A stretch of DNA of 64,000 bases from Octopus vulgaris (lineage: Eukaryota), in NCBI GenBank assembly GCA_951406725.2, contig OX597823.1, positions 116,498,001-116,562,000 on the forward strand, read 5' to 3'. The position numbers and the translations under genes are program-made. Position 1 is the first letter of the stretch; every line of letters starts with the position of its first letter. The notes under the pieces were generated by a model that was not told the origin of the DNA, did no database searches, and saw only the letters and a program-made list of their open reading frames with translations. Shown in pieces: positions 12,041 to 26,367 of this stretch.

Positions 12041-12379
12041 TTAAATTAGAGATAAAACCACTATTAGGCAAATCATACAATGAAAAACTTAAGCCAGTAC
12101 ATAAGAATAATTAATTTATATTATTTTAAATATATATCAAAATTATTAAAATTCATTGATTAAACCTCGCTAAGTTAAATATTTAAATCACCTGAAGAAT
12201 GACTGTAACTCGAATTTTTACGAATTGGACAGCCATGAAACGATCGTAGTGTTATACTAATTACCTTTTTTTAATAATTTTGATATATATTTAAAATAAT
12301 ATAAATTAATTAATCTTATGTATTGGCTTAAGTTTTTCATTGTATGATTTGCCTAATAGTGGTTTTATCTCTAATTTAA
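12041..12379. repeat. Fold-back element: ~110-bp inverted arms around a hammerhead-containing core
   Basis: ttaaattagagataaaaccactattaggcaaatc... (12041-12150) is the reverse complement of 12270-12379; flanked by (TA)n. Confidence 0.85.
12189..12251 (+). ncRNA. Minimal type I hammerhead ribozyme
   Basis: CAC-CTGAAGA-ATGACTGT(22-nt loop)ACAGCCAT-GAAA-CGATCG-TA-GTG; stem II 7/8 paired, palindromic stem III, GUA triplet. Confidence 0.8.
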
Positions 12380-12562
12380 AATAATACATATGTATATATA
12401 TATATATATATGTATATATATGTATATATCACGTGACCGACCAGTCCATCAGATGTAGTTACACATCGCTGGTCACAATGCGTTCGCATTGTTTTAGCCT
12501 TCGAATGATGCCACCCCGCTGGCTAAGCGAGCGAGCCATATATGTATATATACATATGTATA

Positions 12563-12669
<107 letters not shown>

Positions 12670-12699
12670 ATATATATACGTATATATATAAAACTCCAT

Positions 12700-12910
12700 G
12701 GTGGTGTATCTGTGAGGTAAGTAGCTTGCTTCCAAGCATATGGTTTTGTGTAGCAGTTTGGGCAAGTGCCTTTTACTACAGCCTTGGGCTGACCAAAAGC
12801 CTCATGAGTGAATTTGGTAGATGGAAACTAGAAGAAGCCTATCATATATATATATATATATATATACATTAGCATGGCCACAGCTCTGAGCTGAAACTAG
12901 AGTGAAAAAT

Positions 12911-12943
<33 letters not shown>

Positions 12944-13260
12944 GGGGGGAGGTGTGTGTGTGTCTTTGTGTCTGTGTTTGTCCCCCACCACCACTTGACA
13001 ACTGGTGTTGGTGCATTTACATCCCTATAACTTAGCAGTTTGGCAAAAGAGATCAATAGAATAAGTACCACGCTTAAAAAAAAAAAAGAAAGTACAGGAG
13101 TTGATTCATTCAACTAAAAATTCTTCAAAATGGTGCCCCAGCATGGCCATAGCCTAACGACTATATGGAAACAAACAAGTCATTGTTTGTTTCCCATATA
13201 AGGAAGCAAATAGTGCCTTGTTTGTTTCCTTATCCTGAAACAAACAAAGGATAAAGATAG
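12700..13260 (+). mobile_element. SINE family A (rearranged)
   Basis: Head, (TA)n and tail motifs present; an extra tail fragment at 12870-12900 and a hairpin insertion at 13162-13233. Confidence 0.75.
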
Positions 13261-13639
13261 AAAGCGTGCTGAAAGATTACAAGATTTAACCAAAGCTGTA
13301 TACATGTTTAAAATATTATTGAGTTTCTATTATATATTTTGCTGCTTCGCTATAGATGTAGGCTTATGCAATATCACAGGTGTTTAGTGCAGAATTTAAT
13401 GTTGAATTTAGAGAAACATGACATATATCTTTATGTGTTTAGTCTTGCTGTGAAATTAATCCTTTCAAAATGAAATTAAATTTCATGATTATTCCAGTAA
13501 TGACGTTAAATATCTACCAAAAAAATTGAATTGGTATTTAATGCAAGTTATGTTGTCTCAATGAACTTAAAATATCTAAACAAAAACGAGTTTGAAACAT
13601 GACATTCTTCAGCAAAGATAGACTGCTATATAAAACTGC

Positions 13640-14041
13640 TGGCAGAAATGTTAGCACGCCGGGCGAAATGCTTAGCAGTATTTCGTCTGCCGTTACGTTC
13701 TGAGTTCAAATTCCACCGAGGTCGACTTTGCCTTTCATCCTTTTGGGGTCGATTAAATAAGTACCAGTTATGCACTGGGGTCGATGTAATCAACTTAATC
13801 CATGTCTGTCCTTGTTTGTCCCCTCTATGTTTAGCCCCTTGTGGGTAGTAAAGAAATAGGTATTTCATCTGCCGCTATGTTCTGAGTTCAAATTCCACCG
13901 AGGTCGACTTTGCCTTTCATCCTTTCGGGTTCGATTAAATTAAGTACCAGTTACACACTGGGGTCGATGTAATCGACTTAATACCTTTGTCTGTCCTTGT
14001 TTGTCTCTTCTATGTTTAGCCCCTTGTGGGTAATAAATAAA
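13640..14041 (+). mobile_element. SINE family B partial tandem dimer
   Basis: Second unit starts at the internal GGTATTTC at 13859; outer TSD tatataaaactgct. Confidence 0.85.
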
Positions 14042-14134
14042 TATATATAAAACTGCTTTCAGCAGTTAATGGTAATGACATCTGGAGTTAAGTCAATGAA
14101 AAGTTTAATTTTTTGTAGATCATGGATTAAAAGG

Positions 14135-14450
14135 TAAAGACCCTCTTTGGTCATGAATGACCATTGGATTGCACCAAGAAAGTCCCCCACCAAGGCACAA
14201 GTCCAGGCAAGGTTGTTTATGGAAGACCAGCTGTTGGCCATGCATACCAGCCTCCTCTCTTCACACCAATGATGTTATTCAACAGCTTGGCACCAGCAAT
14301 GTTGCAACTCATTTCTACAGATGAGTGGACTGGAGCAAAGTGAAATAAAGTGTCTTGCTCAAGAACACAACACACATCCCAGTCCAGGAATTGAACTCAC
14401 TACCTCATGCTTGTGAGTCCAACACTCTTATCACTGAGCCATGCACTTTC
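14135..14450 (-). mobile_element. tRNA-derived SINE family E
   Basis: Homologous to 19945-20262 and 51775-52108 (aaataaagtgtcttgctcaagaacacaac; caaggttgtttatggaagaccagc). Confidence 0.8.
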
Positions 14451-15243
14451 CCCTTGGATTAAGGCTTAAACTAATCAGTTTCATTCTTGTTTAACACCTT
14501 TCGTGGACCTGCCAAACCCACCTGTCTTGATACAAGGCAAAGAAGTTAAAAGCTACTAATAAAAATTGCTGGCATACATGGTTGAGGACAACTGGATAAC
14601 AATTACTCCAGCGCAAATACAATGTGGGTTATGAATAAATAGATGCATCAAGCCATGTCCTTGGGTCTTTAGTGTAGAGCCTTTGGGATTCTATGAGGGC
14701 TTCATATATTTAGAGAGAAGTGGAGAGAGAATCCATCAGTTCCATTGATTTTTAAAAACCCAATCAATACTGAGCTAATTTCCAAGCTGAAATTGTTTCT
14801 TTGCAAACTACCTTATTTACATATTAGCCCCTGGAGGGGAAATACATACATAAGTATCGATTTTTTAAAAAAAATCAATTCCCTTTTAATCCATTGTATA
14901 GCAAGGATTTTTTTTAGGTTCTGAAAGAAATTACGTGCATGTGTGTCTCTACTTGTATGTGTGTGTGTATGTCTTTACATAGATATGTATGTCTGTGTGT
15001 GTGTGTCTCTCTCTCTATATATATGTTTATGTGTGTATGCCTCTACCTGCATGTGTGTATGTCACTGTGCTTATGTGCCTGTATATATGAGTGTGTGTCT
15101 TTACTTGCATGCGTGTGCATTTATAGCTGTGTATATAAAAACAGACTTCGTGTTTGTTTTTATATTTCCAGCTATAAACACACAATGTATACTCTTGGAG
15201 GAAATGCAGGAGAGAAAAGGCTTATGAGTGTGTATCTTTCTTC

Positions 15244-15276
<33 letters not shown>

Positions 15277-15824
15277 TTTCCCTCTCTCTCTCTCTTTCTC
15301 TTACATACACATGAGATCATTGTCATCATCATCTTTTTATATCTGCTTTTTCATGCTAGCATGGATTGGACTGTTATAAGCCGGTGTTTCACCACTTTGT
15401 ATATGAATTTAAATCAACAACCATCACAGTTCTGTACACAACCCCATACAATTTCGTAGAGAGTAAGAAAGTGATTTGTGGGAATGAAAATGAGAGAGAG
15501 AGAGGGGGGGGAGAAAGAAAGAAAGAAAGAAGAAGTAAAAAAGGCATTAAAAGGAAAGAAGAAAAGGGAAAGAATAGTGAGTTGAAGAGGTGGGGGAGAA
15601 AGAGGAAGACATACAATGAAGGATCAGTATTATTTCTGTTACCATGGTAACAACTCTCTGAAACTGAATGATAATGTTTGATACAATGAGCATTTATTAC
15701 CCCCCCCCCATTCCTATAGGCATATAAACACACATGGGCATACATGTATTCATAAATATATGCACAAACATGTATATATGTGTATATATACATGTGTATG
15801 TATAAAAATGTATTTAATAAAAGG

Positions 15825-16142
15825 CTGCCACTCCATTGTTTACAGTATTGAGGGTTCCAGTTGATCTGATCAATAGAATTGCCTTCTCATGAAATTACCC
15901 TTAATGTACCCTAATGTACCCTTAATGTAATTCTCAAAGAGATTCAGCATGGAGCAGAATGTGACAAGGCTCGCCTTTTGATATTGCAGGTACCACTCCT
16001 TTTTGCCAGCTGAGTGGACTGGAGAAACACGAAATAAAGTGTCTTGCTCAAGGACACAATGTGGTACCAGGAATTGTGCTTATGACCATGACATTACGAT
16101 TCCAAGCTGAATATCTTAACCACTAAGCCATGTGCTTTCACT
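15825..16142 (-). mobile_element. tRNA-derived SINE family F
   Basis: Homologous to 20293-20597 (+) and 30790-30950 (-); gagggttccagttgatc tail. Confidence 0.75.
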
Positions 16143-16169
16143 ATAAAAATACACACACACACAAATATA

Positions 16170-16607
16170 TCTATACATATAAAGCTGAAGTTGTCTGGGT
16201 ATGGCAGGTTTGGTAGCTTTTAACTAACACTATCTCCTCCGAGACCCTGCAGCGCAAGTTGACCAAAATTGAGAGTATGATAGAAGAAAGCTTGCTCTTT
16301 ATTCCATAGAAGAAAAAATTCAAATCGGACCATGTTAACACCAAAAATTATTTACATCAAAAAGGTACTCTTTTTCTATAAAAATCCCTATTTTTTTACA
16401 ATTTTTTTACTGTTGTGTCGCCATTTTTCATTGTATTTCAATCAGAAAGATGTTCACTTAAAGAGAATAACAAGTTACATAATGCAAATTTTTTACTTTT
16501 CAAAAAAGATTGAGACTATGTGAAAACTTTGTTAATGCGACATCAAAGTCTGCCGTTTTAAGTGCAACTAAAAAACAAACCCGAGCAATGCCGGGCTATA
16601 CTGCTAG
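16170..16607 (+). mobile_element. Non-autonomous Helitron
   Basis: A|TC start, 3' GC-rich hairpin CCCGAGCAATGCCGGG then CTAG|T; second copy at 21233-21619. Confidence 0.8.
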
Positions 16608-16829
16608 TCTATATATATATGCAAACTCACACACTATAGACATATGCATAATGTATATAGACAGGCACGAGTATGACAATGTGGTTAAGAATCTCACTTC
16701 ACAACCATGTGGATTTGGATTTAGTCTCACTGCCCAGCATTTTGGGTAAGTGCTTTCTCCTGAACCCACGTCTGACCAATATCTTCTTAGTGATTTCGGT
16801 AGATGGAAATAGTGTGCAAACCCAGTTTT

Positions 16830-17815
16830 TCTCTCAATGCATTTACACTTTGTCATACATGTATGCTAACATTGCACATCCAGTGAAGCATTCTAGTTTT
16901 TTATCTAGTCTTCATATCTCCTCTGCATTCACAAACTATGTTTCACTACCATGTAGCTTTGCTGTCTGTGCACAAGAATCATGAAGTCTGCTATTTGCTC
17001 TTAGAAAGTCTTTTTTTTTACCAACAGTAGTAATAGCGCTCTGAACTTAATCCAGTGAATTCTAATTCTAGCATCTGTGTTTTCAGTGCATCCTCCTCCT
17101 CTGTTAATTAGGTCACATAAGTAACAGAAACTATTTCTTACTTCTAAGAATCTCCTGGGCATTTGAAGAAATCCATTTCTTGTGTGCTGTTATTGAGTAT
17201 TGCTCCAACACATCTGACGCACACAAAGTGTACTTCCTCTGTTAACCTACCTGTGATTCCACTACACCTCTTCTCAGTTCACAGATTGCACTTGATACAC
17301 TGCATGGAATTTCCCTCCTATACCTTTCCTTTTCAATATAAATCAAACAGGACCATTTTTCTTAAAGGGATTAGTGGTTTCACTGTTTTCCTGCTAGCTA
17401 GAACTTTGGTCTTTGCAAAGTTATTTTAAGTTGCTTTGATTTCTGGTTTTACTTTCACATCTGAAATTTCTTTTCTAATTCTACTCCAGATTCAGCTATA
17501 AGAACAAGGTCACTAGCTTAAGAAACTCCCGTGGGCAGTTAGTCTTAAACTCCTCCATTATTACCAGGAAGACTATGATAAATATGAGGTGACCACTGAA
17601 CTTTGCTGAACTCTTACCTGCATACCAAAGCTGTTCTACTCATTGCTAAGCATCATCTTAGACATCACCCCTGTACAAAACCTGGATGGCTCCCACCAGC
17701 CATTCTCATACTCCTAACTTTTACAGGGACCATTAGACAAAGATTTTACCATTTTCACAAATGCCAAGTACAGTTGTTTAGTTCGAGTTATACACTTTTT
17801 CTGCATTTACCTTAC

Positions 17816-17851
<36 letters not shown>

Positions 17852-18545
17852 CTGCAGTGCTTCTCCTTCGCACAAAGCCAAATGGCATCTCATATAGGCT
17901 AACTCCCTTTTTAATTAGTTGAGCTATAGCCCTTTCTGTAACTTTCATGACCTGATCCATCAGTTTGATACGTCTGTAATTAACTTTTACTCTTGAATCA
18001 GTTGATTTTAATGCTACTATACTATTTGTTGGGTCCAATACCCCCTCATACAACCTAATTAACTATACATGTGCTGAAACCCTATCTCCCTCTGCTAGAT
18101 ATTTTAAATATCTTGGGGATAATTCCTGATGGACCAGGGATGCTTTCCCTGCTTTCATATCCTTAATTGCTTTATCTGTCATACTTCTGTTAGCTAGGAT
18201 AGCTGGTTCTTCTGTTAGGTCCATATTAAGAAAGCATTAAGAAAACTCCCTTTCTCCCATGTATTCTCCACATTTAGTAACCTTTCCTAGTAGCACTTCC
18301 CTGCCTCTTTCTTTTTAGAATCATTAAATGCTGCCATACCGTAATCCACCTGTATACACTTCTTTCTTACAACATCATGATTTCCTCTGACACACTAACC
18401 CGTAATCCAGAACATCTCATGCCACAGATATTGGCAAACCTCTTCCTTTCTCATTCTCCCCTTTCTTCATAGGCCTGCTCCCTACCTTTTCTTCCAGCCA
18501 TCTGCAATATTTTTCTGCTATTCTCATTCTTCCAATCCTTCCAAC
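16830..18545 (-). mobile_element. Decayed RTE LINE (reverse transcriptase region)
   Basis: NYRRIKLMDQVMKVTERAIAQLIKKGVSLYEMPFGFVRRRSTAD; EWLVGAIQVLY; EEFKTNCPREFL..DLVLIAES; LHGSET; many stops. Confidence 0.85.
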
Positions 18546-18995
18546 AGTGTCTCTTTGTTGCTGTGGCTCCCTCTACATCTCATGCCTACTTTCTCTCACT
18601 CTTTTTCTCTCACTCTTTTTCTCTCACTCTGTTTCTTACTTTCCTTCATTTTCTCTCTTCCTCTCTCTTGATTTCCTTTGCTCTCTCTCTCTCCCTTTCT
18701 CTCTCTCACTCACTCTGTCTCCTACTTACCTTTGCACACACACATGTGTGTGTGTGCGTGCGTGCATGCATGTACATGCTTGAATGCATGTGTGTGTGTA
18801 TGCATACATGTGTGTGTGGGTGAGTATGCATGCATTTGTGTATATGTGTGCATGTATTAGAAAATGCATATAACTGTCCATTAAGTATGGAACAACCATA
18901 TACGTTGGTTAATCTTTCCCTCTACTTTTTAAACATGACAATCCTTTGAGACCCATTAATTTGGGTGAACCATTTAAAACACACACATACACACA

Positions 18996-19465
<470 letters not shown>

Positions 19466-19944
19466 GAGATAAAACAAGTAAAGATATTCTCTTGAGGCCA
19501 GAAAGGGCATCAGTTTGTGGCCAATGTATATTTGTTGAATCTAACAATTCTTTCAAATTAACATTTACTGAGGTCAGAATAATATGTCTGGATAACATCT
19601 GGGAAATATCAGACTGGCACTAACACATGATGCTTCCAATTTGTTTATTGAACATTTATTGACCAAACTGTGCAGTTTATATTATATCTACTACTTCAAC
19701 AGCCATTAAAATACTAGCATCAACATTCCACCCTTCTTAAACTATCTTTTACTACGCACACATACAGAGAATGTATGCCTTATTAACGTCTCTCTTTATA
19801 AGACTAAATCTTAAGCATTAATTAATAACACATAGAGTGATTAGAAATGGCATGTACGTATGATTGTATATGGCACAAACGTGTGGATAGAGAATGTGCA
19901 AGTTTGTCACTATAAATGGCACATATGTGATTAAAAGTGATATA

Positions 19945-20262
19945 CAGACCATGGGATTGCACCTAGAAAGTTACTCTCCCAGGCACATGTCCAGGCAAGG
20001 TTGTTTATGGAAGACCAGCAGTCACCCATGCATACCGGCCTCCCCTCTCCGTGCCACCAGCCTTATCCAAGGGAAAGGCAAAGGGGCCGATACAGCTTGG
20101 CACCTGTGATGTCACAATTCGTTTTTACAGCTGAGTGAACTGGAGCAACACGAAATAAAGTGTCTTGCTCAAGAACACAACTCGCAGCCCAGTCCGGGAT
20201 TCAAACTCACAACCTCAAAATCGTAAGCTCGATGCTCTAACCACTGAACCATGTGCCTTCAC
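19945..20262 (-). mobile_element. SINE family E
   Basis: Homology to 14135 and 51775; tRNA-like head. Confidence 0.8.
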
Positions 20263-20292
20263 ATATGTGATCAGAATAAGATATATGTGTGT

Positions 20293-20597
20293 GAAGGAGC
20301 GTGGCTAAGTGGTAAGGGTATTTGGTTCACAATTGTAAGGTTGTGAGTTCAATTTCCAGTGGTACATTGTGTTCTTTTCAGATTGCTCCAGTCCACTCAG
20401 CTGGCTAAAATGAGTAGTACCTGTATTTCAAAGGGCCAGCCTCGTCACACTCTGTGTCATGCTGAATCTCCATTAGAACTATGTTAAGGGTACACACGTC
20501 TGTGGAGTACACAGCCACTTGCATGAAAATTTCATGAGCAGGCTGTTCTGTTGATCAGTTCAATTGGAACCCTTGTCCTCATAACCGATGGAGTGTC
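20293..20597 (+). mobile_element. SINE family F
   Basis: Head GGAGCGTGGCTAAGTGGTAAGG...GAGTTCAATTTCC. Confidence 0.75.
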
Positions 20598-20724
20598 AAT
20601 TAGCTCCATGTATGATTGGAAATAGCACATGTGTGCGACTATGTATGATGCTTGTAGTGTGTCACAATAAGTGGGACTAGTGTGTTGCTGGAAACAGTGC
20701 AATTGTTGTTGTTTGTTTCATCCT

Positions 20725-21042
20725 TTAGAAGGAACAGTTGTTTGTTCCTTCTCGAGCCATGCCTGGCTCATAAGGGCCAGTTTCCCGGTGTCCTTGGTGT
20801 ATAGGTTCCCCACCTGGATGGGACGCCAGTCCATCGCAGGTGAACTGCAAGATGCAGAAGGAAAGAGTGAGAGAAAGTTGTGGCGAAAGAGTCAGCAGAA
20901 GTTTGCCATTACCTTCTGCTGGAGCTGTGTGGAGCTTAGGTATTTCGCTCATAAACACACACATCACCTGGTCTGAGATTTGAACCTGAGATCCCTTGAC
21001 CACGAGTCCGCTGCTCTAACCACTAGGCCATGTGCCTCCACA
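20725..21042 (-). mobile_element. OR-like SINE, tail type 2
   Basis: Same head as 4484-4790 with a different tail; full homologue at 55121-55420. Confidence 0.85.
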
Positions 21043-21232
21043 AACTGTACCATTGTTTAACCATAACTGGCATAACTTTCTTAGTAGAAATGGCACCAAT
21101 GTATCATTATAAAAGGCACCAGTGCCCCACTGTATGTGACACCAGTTTGTTACTACAAATGGTTTAGTATCAAATAAATGACAATTCGTTTCTTTTATTT
21201 TGTGATTTCTTATTGTTAAAAAAAATCATTAA

Positions 21233-21619
21233 TCTATATATATAAAGCTGAAGTTGTCTGTGTATGGCATGTTTGGTAACTTTCAACTAACACTATCTCC
21301 TCCGAGACCCTGCAGCACAAGTTGACCAAAACTGAGAGTATGATAGAAGGCTTGCTCTTCATTCCGTAGAAGAAAAATTCAAATTGGGCCGTGTTAACAC
21401 CAAAAATTATTTACATCAAAAAGGTGCTTTTTTTCTATGATAATCCCTATTTTTTACGTTTTTTTGACTGCTGTGTCACAATTTTTTTGGTGTATTTCAA
21501 CCAGAAAAATGTTCACTTAAAGAGAATAACAAGCTATATAATGTAAAATTTTTACTTTACAAAAATTCCAATTCTAAAGGGTCGAAACAAACCCGAGCAA
21601 CGCCGGGCGGTACTGCTAG
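21233..21619 (+). mobile_element. Non-autonomous Helitron
   Basis: A|TCTATATATATAAAG ... CCCGAGCAACGCCGGGCGGTACTGCTAG|T. Confidence 0.8.
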
Positions 21620-21918
21620 TTTATAATAAAGGCATTGTTTCATCTGGAAAATTACTTCACAAAATGTACCCTTTCTATTCATGAGCAGAAAATAGTTCAA
21701 CTTTCCCTCTCTACAAAGTTCAGATGAAGTCCACAATAGAGTAGTGCTTTTGTATCAGGGATAATGATGCATAGAAACATAGAAACAATTTTGATTGTGT
21801 CCAAAGAAAAGCAACCCAACTGATTGAGATGAAGCTAGTCACTAACATAGTGTATTGTAAAAACACTTGCCTGTGTTTTGCGACAGAAAAGATATAGAAA
21901 AGACTTTGGTATTATACA

Positions 21919-22150
21919 AGGTGGTGAGCTGGCAGAAACGTTAGCACACCAGGCAAAATGCGTAGCCGTATTTCGTCTGCCGTTACATTCTGAGCTCAAA
22001 TTCCGCTGAGGTCAACTTTGCCTTTCATCCTTTCAGGGTCGATAAATTAAGTACCAGTTACGCACTGGGGTCGATATAATTGACTTAATCCATTTGTCTC
22101 TCCTTGTTTGTCCTCTCTGTGTTTAGCCCCTTGTGTGCAGTAAAGAAATA
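21919..22150 (+). mobile_element. SINE family B with TSD ggtattataca
   Basis: TSD at 21908-21918 and 22151-22161. Confidence 0.85.
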
Positions 22151-22299
22151 GGTATTATACAGAAAAAAGTTAAATATCATTTCAGTAGAGAATATTAATC
22201 AATGAAAAGTAATAACCAAATGAGATCTCATACTAATTTGCCTACAGCAATATTTTCACAGATCACTGATGAACTAAATGTGGCTGTGACAACCACATT

Positions 22300-22545
22300 G
22301 GAAGACATAGTGAAACAAGTGTATTAGACATGAATGTATGAATGCTTGGTGTGTAGAAACAGTGAAACAGTTGTTTCAGAAGATAACACACAGTGTTAGT
22401 TGTGCAGAGACAATGAAACATTTATATCAGAGGAGAACTGACACATGTCTGCTACGTAGAGACTGTGAAACAGCTGCATCACAAATGAACACCTAAGTTG
22501 TTTGTGAGCAGGCAGTGCAAGAAGAATGTATCAGGCATGAACACA
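22300..22545. repeat. Degenerate ~51-bp minisatellite, about 5 units
   Basis: G.AGA.AC..TGAAACA-like motif recurs at ~22301, 22353, 22404, 22456 and 22508. Confidence 0.6.
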
Positions 22546-22551
22546 CATCAC

Positions 22552-23140
22552 TCTTATTCTTTTACTCTTTTACTTGTTTCAGTCATTTGACTGCAGCCAT
22601 GCTGGAGCACCGCCTTTAGTCAAGCAAATCGACCTCAGGACTGTGGAAGCCTAGTACTTATTCTATCAGTCTCTTTTGCCGAACCGCTAAGTTACGGGAA
22701 CATAAACACACCATCATCGGTTGTCAAGCGATGTTGGGGAGATAAACACAGACACACAAACATATACACAGATTGGTAGCCACTACACACATTTTTTTCT
22801 CTCCTTGTTTCTCTCCTTGTTTTTTTCTGTGTCCTTTTCTGTAGAAGAGCATAGGCTCGAAACGTAAAAGACTTTTTCAATTCCTGAGCATTATACTAAT
22901 ACATATGTTTGTTTTATACACCACCTATCTTCGTCTTTTGTTTTTTTTCATGAACTCTCCCTATATATACATATATATGACGGGCTTCCTTCAGTTTCCG
23001 TCTACCAAATCCACTCACAAGGTTTTGGTCGGACTGAGGCTATAGTAGAAGACACTTGCCCAAGGTGCCACACAGTGGGACTGAACCCGGAACCAAGTGG
23101 TTGGTAAGCAAGCTACTTACCACGCAGCCACTCCTGCTCC
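22552..23140 (-). mobile_element. SINE family A with a nested hammerhead-bearing insert (~22775-22962)
   Basis: Tail and head intact; a foreign ~190 bp sits in the internal TA tract. Confidence 0.85.
22835..22870 (+). ncRNA. Hammerhead-like variant (CUGUAGA core)
   Basis: TTTT-CTGTAGA-A-GAGC ATAG GCTC-GAAA-CG-TA-AAAG; homologue at 31284-31319. Confidence 0.6.
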
Positions 23141-24015
23141 TACTAGTGTTTGTGTCTAATGTTGATGTAGAGATATTCCATGAGTGCAGTTTATTACTAA
23201 TTCAGCTGTATTGGTCAATATAGTGTTGAAAGGATTTATTGTACCATGCCCATGCTTCAAATACCTACTATCTAGGTACCATAGGTTAGAGACAGCAATA
23301 AGAGGTGAGAACACTGTATCAATGATATTTTGTTAAGATGCTGAACTGAATTCTTATAAATGTGGGTCACGATTGCAACTCTTACTCCATGTTATCTCTA
23401 CTTCCCAACATAGGCTCAATATTATTCTATGAATATGACAAAAATAAAACACAAAAAAACACCCAAAGAAATCTGCTATAAACTTTTCCGTGTAACCTCG
23501 ATATATCGTGATTAAATCAATATTATGGAGTGGAAAATTCTGGAAGATTCTTCTTGAGATAGTTTTAGAAAGTGCACTGCTTCTATTTCGCTTGAAACAT
23601 TTCTACAGTTAGACCTCTTGTTCATTTCTAAAGTGGTTCGTTTGACATTGATGGTGTTTCTAGTGCCATTGCAATTATCACTTTCCTTTTTGTCCTTTTA
23701 ATAATTCATATCGTGAAAAAAAAAAATGTTTTCTATAGCAAACCCCATTATGTATATCAAACAAATATATCTACAAGAGACAAAGACATCCACGCCAAAA
23801 ATATAGACATAAAAATGTAGTTAGAATCACACAAACACAACAACAACAATATATCAATGATAAAGCTGAACCATTCAGTATGGTTTTCAAAACAAATTCT
23901 TTAGAATTTGAAGGGTAAAAACATAAACACACAACATAAATATCTACTGATTTATTTAATATTATTATTATTTTATACATACATACATACATGCATACAT
24001 ACATACATACATACA

Positions 24016-24104
<89 letters not shown>

Positions 24105-24213
24105 ATATATATAATATAATATAATATATAATATTATTATTTTATATATACATATATATATGTGTGTGTATATATATATATAATATAATATTATATAATA
24201 TTATTATTATTTA

Positions 24214-24280
<67 letters not shown>

Positions 24281-24330
24281 GATAATAAAATATAGGATAT
24301 TATTACTTGTATATATGTATATATACATTT

Positions 24331-24369
<39 letters not shown>

Positions 24370-25433
24370 TATTATTTACATATACACATATACATGATAA
24401 CAATAATACTAATATATATATATATACATAAGGTGTATGTGTGTTTTTGGTAGATGTTTATGGAACCCAAACTCTTGAGGCTTGTTAATAAGAAGTGTTT
24501 TATTTTTCTATTTCTTCCCAAGAAAGTAAATTAATGATTTGCAAGAAGTAATAAAGAAAGACACAAAAGAAAGAAATAAAAAAAAACGCAAACAGTGTAG
24601 ATATTAAAAGTAAAAACACAAAGCTAACTACAAGAAATAATATTCTAAATTACTCGGCAAATATTTGATGAATTAGCAGAAAAATGTATTATTTGTCAGA
24701 AAATTTTATTGATGTCACATTTAATTGTAAAGTAGGTTTAAGAGATGAAGCTGAGAGGAGAAAATGTAATTATATTGTGAATAATATTTTGAAGAAACAA
24801 ACAAGTCAAGGAAATGACACGTTGTTGTTGTAGTAGTAGTAGTAGTTGTAGTAATGGTGGTGGTGGTGGTTATTATTGGTGTTGTTGTCAAGTAGTTTTT
24901 TGTTAACTCTTTCTAAGCAGATATGTATATCAAACTTAGCCAGCAGAAAGTTCATACACACACACACACACACACATACACATGTTCTCATGCACATACA
25001 TACATGCACACACAGGTACATACACACATAGATCTTTTGGTTGCAGAATAAAGGAGCATAATTAAAACTTATTGAAATATTCTAATTAAGGTGTCATAAA
25101 TAATTTCATTATCAAGGCACATATTATTCTGATTGCCTGCCTTGCTAAAAATGGTAATTAAATCTCATTGAAATCATCCTCAACAAGTCTTCATAGAAAG
25201 AAAAAGAAGAAGGTCTATATTGGATTATGCAGTTCAAGGTCTGCTGTCACTGAATGAAAAATGGAATGACGTGGCAGGAAAATATTTTATCACAGATCTT
25301 CTAATGCTAACATGAGAATAAACAAAATAGCAGCATATACTATACTATAAATGCCATATACTATGGTATCTGCTTAAATTTAAGGAGTTAAGAACAGTGA
25401 CAATGTTTCCCATGTGCCTACCTCATTATCAGT

Positions 25434-25792
25434 AACAAGAGCACTCAGAGAGTGCAAACCTCCACCAAGGCAATACCAATGTTCTCTCAATGATTAGCCA
25501 GAGATGATTTTTAAAATTAAAATATCTAAAATAAACTCAACTGCTCTCATAAATGAAAATACCAAAAATGAACGTGGCCGAACTCAAAAATTATATTTAA
25601 AAAATGGAAAAGTAATCCAGAATTTTTGCCCAGTACTGGATCTATTCCAAAATCTAATCAGTTCATGCCAGTCATGAGGCCAAACATCCCTGAAAGTTTC
25701 ATCCAAATCCATCCAGCAGTTCTTGAGATATCTTGTCCACAGACAGACAAACAAACAGATACAACTGAAAACAACACCTCCGCCTTCACTAA
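25434..25792 (-). mobile_element. Helentron-associated (HINE/DINE-1-like) element
   Basis: Terminal hairpin GCACTCAGAGAGTGC next to subTIR ACCTCCACCAAGG; internal (CAGA)n; same architecture as 43211-43902. Confidence 0.65.
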
Positions 25793-25909
25793 GTTAGCTG
25801 TCTCTGAGCTGGTAACCTTCTGTTTTAGGGAACTCCAATTACTGGAATACATGACAAGTATTCATGTGAAGAGGCACAGTGACTATGAGGCTATGGCGCT
25901 TGATCAATT

Positions 25910-26000
25910 CTTTCTATTCTTTTATTTATTTCAGTCATTTGACTGCAGCCATGCTGGAGCACCACCATGAAGGACTTTAGTCAAACAAATATATATACAA

Positions 26001-26067
<67 letters not shown>

Positions 26068-26225
26068 CCCGACAGGCTTCTTCTAGTTTCTATCAAATCC
26101 ACTCACAAGGCTTTGGTTGGACCAAGGCTATAGTAGAAGACACTTACCCAAGGTGTCATGGAGAACTGAACATGGAACCATGTTGTTGGGGAGCAAGCTT
26201 TCTACCAGCACAGCCATGCCCGTCA
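25910..26225 (-). mobile_element. SINE family A (internally deleted)
   Basis: Tail and head motifs. Confidence 0.8.
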
Positions 26226-26367
26226 CTTAATGGGGACAGAGTCTTAAGTTTAGATTGTCCCACAATCATTGAGCAACAGACATATCTCTGTTAGCTCCAA
26301 CTTATAAAACCAATGAGATAATCTGCCTCTACTCCTACCTCTTTGTTGAGTAAATAATGATAATAGC

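Noticed and set aside
22266-22325. CTGATGA-ACTA...TAGT-GAAAC hammerhead-like string
   Set aside because: No convincing stem I, G at the cleavage position, overlaps a minisatellite; probably chance
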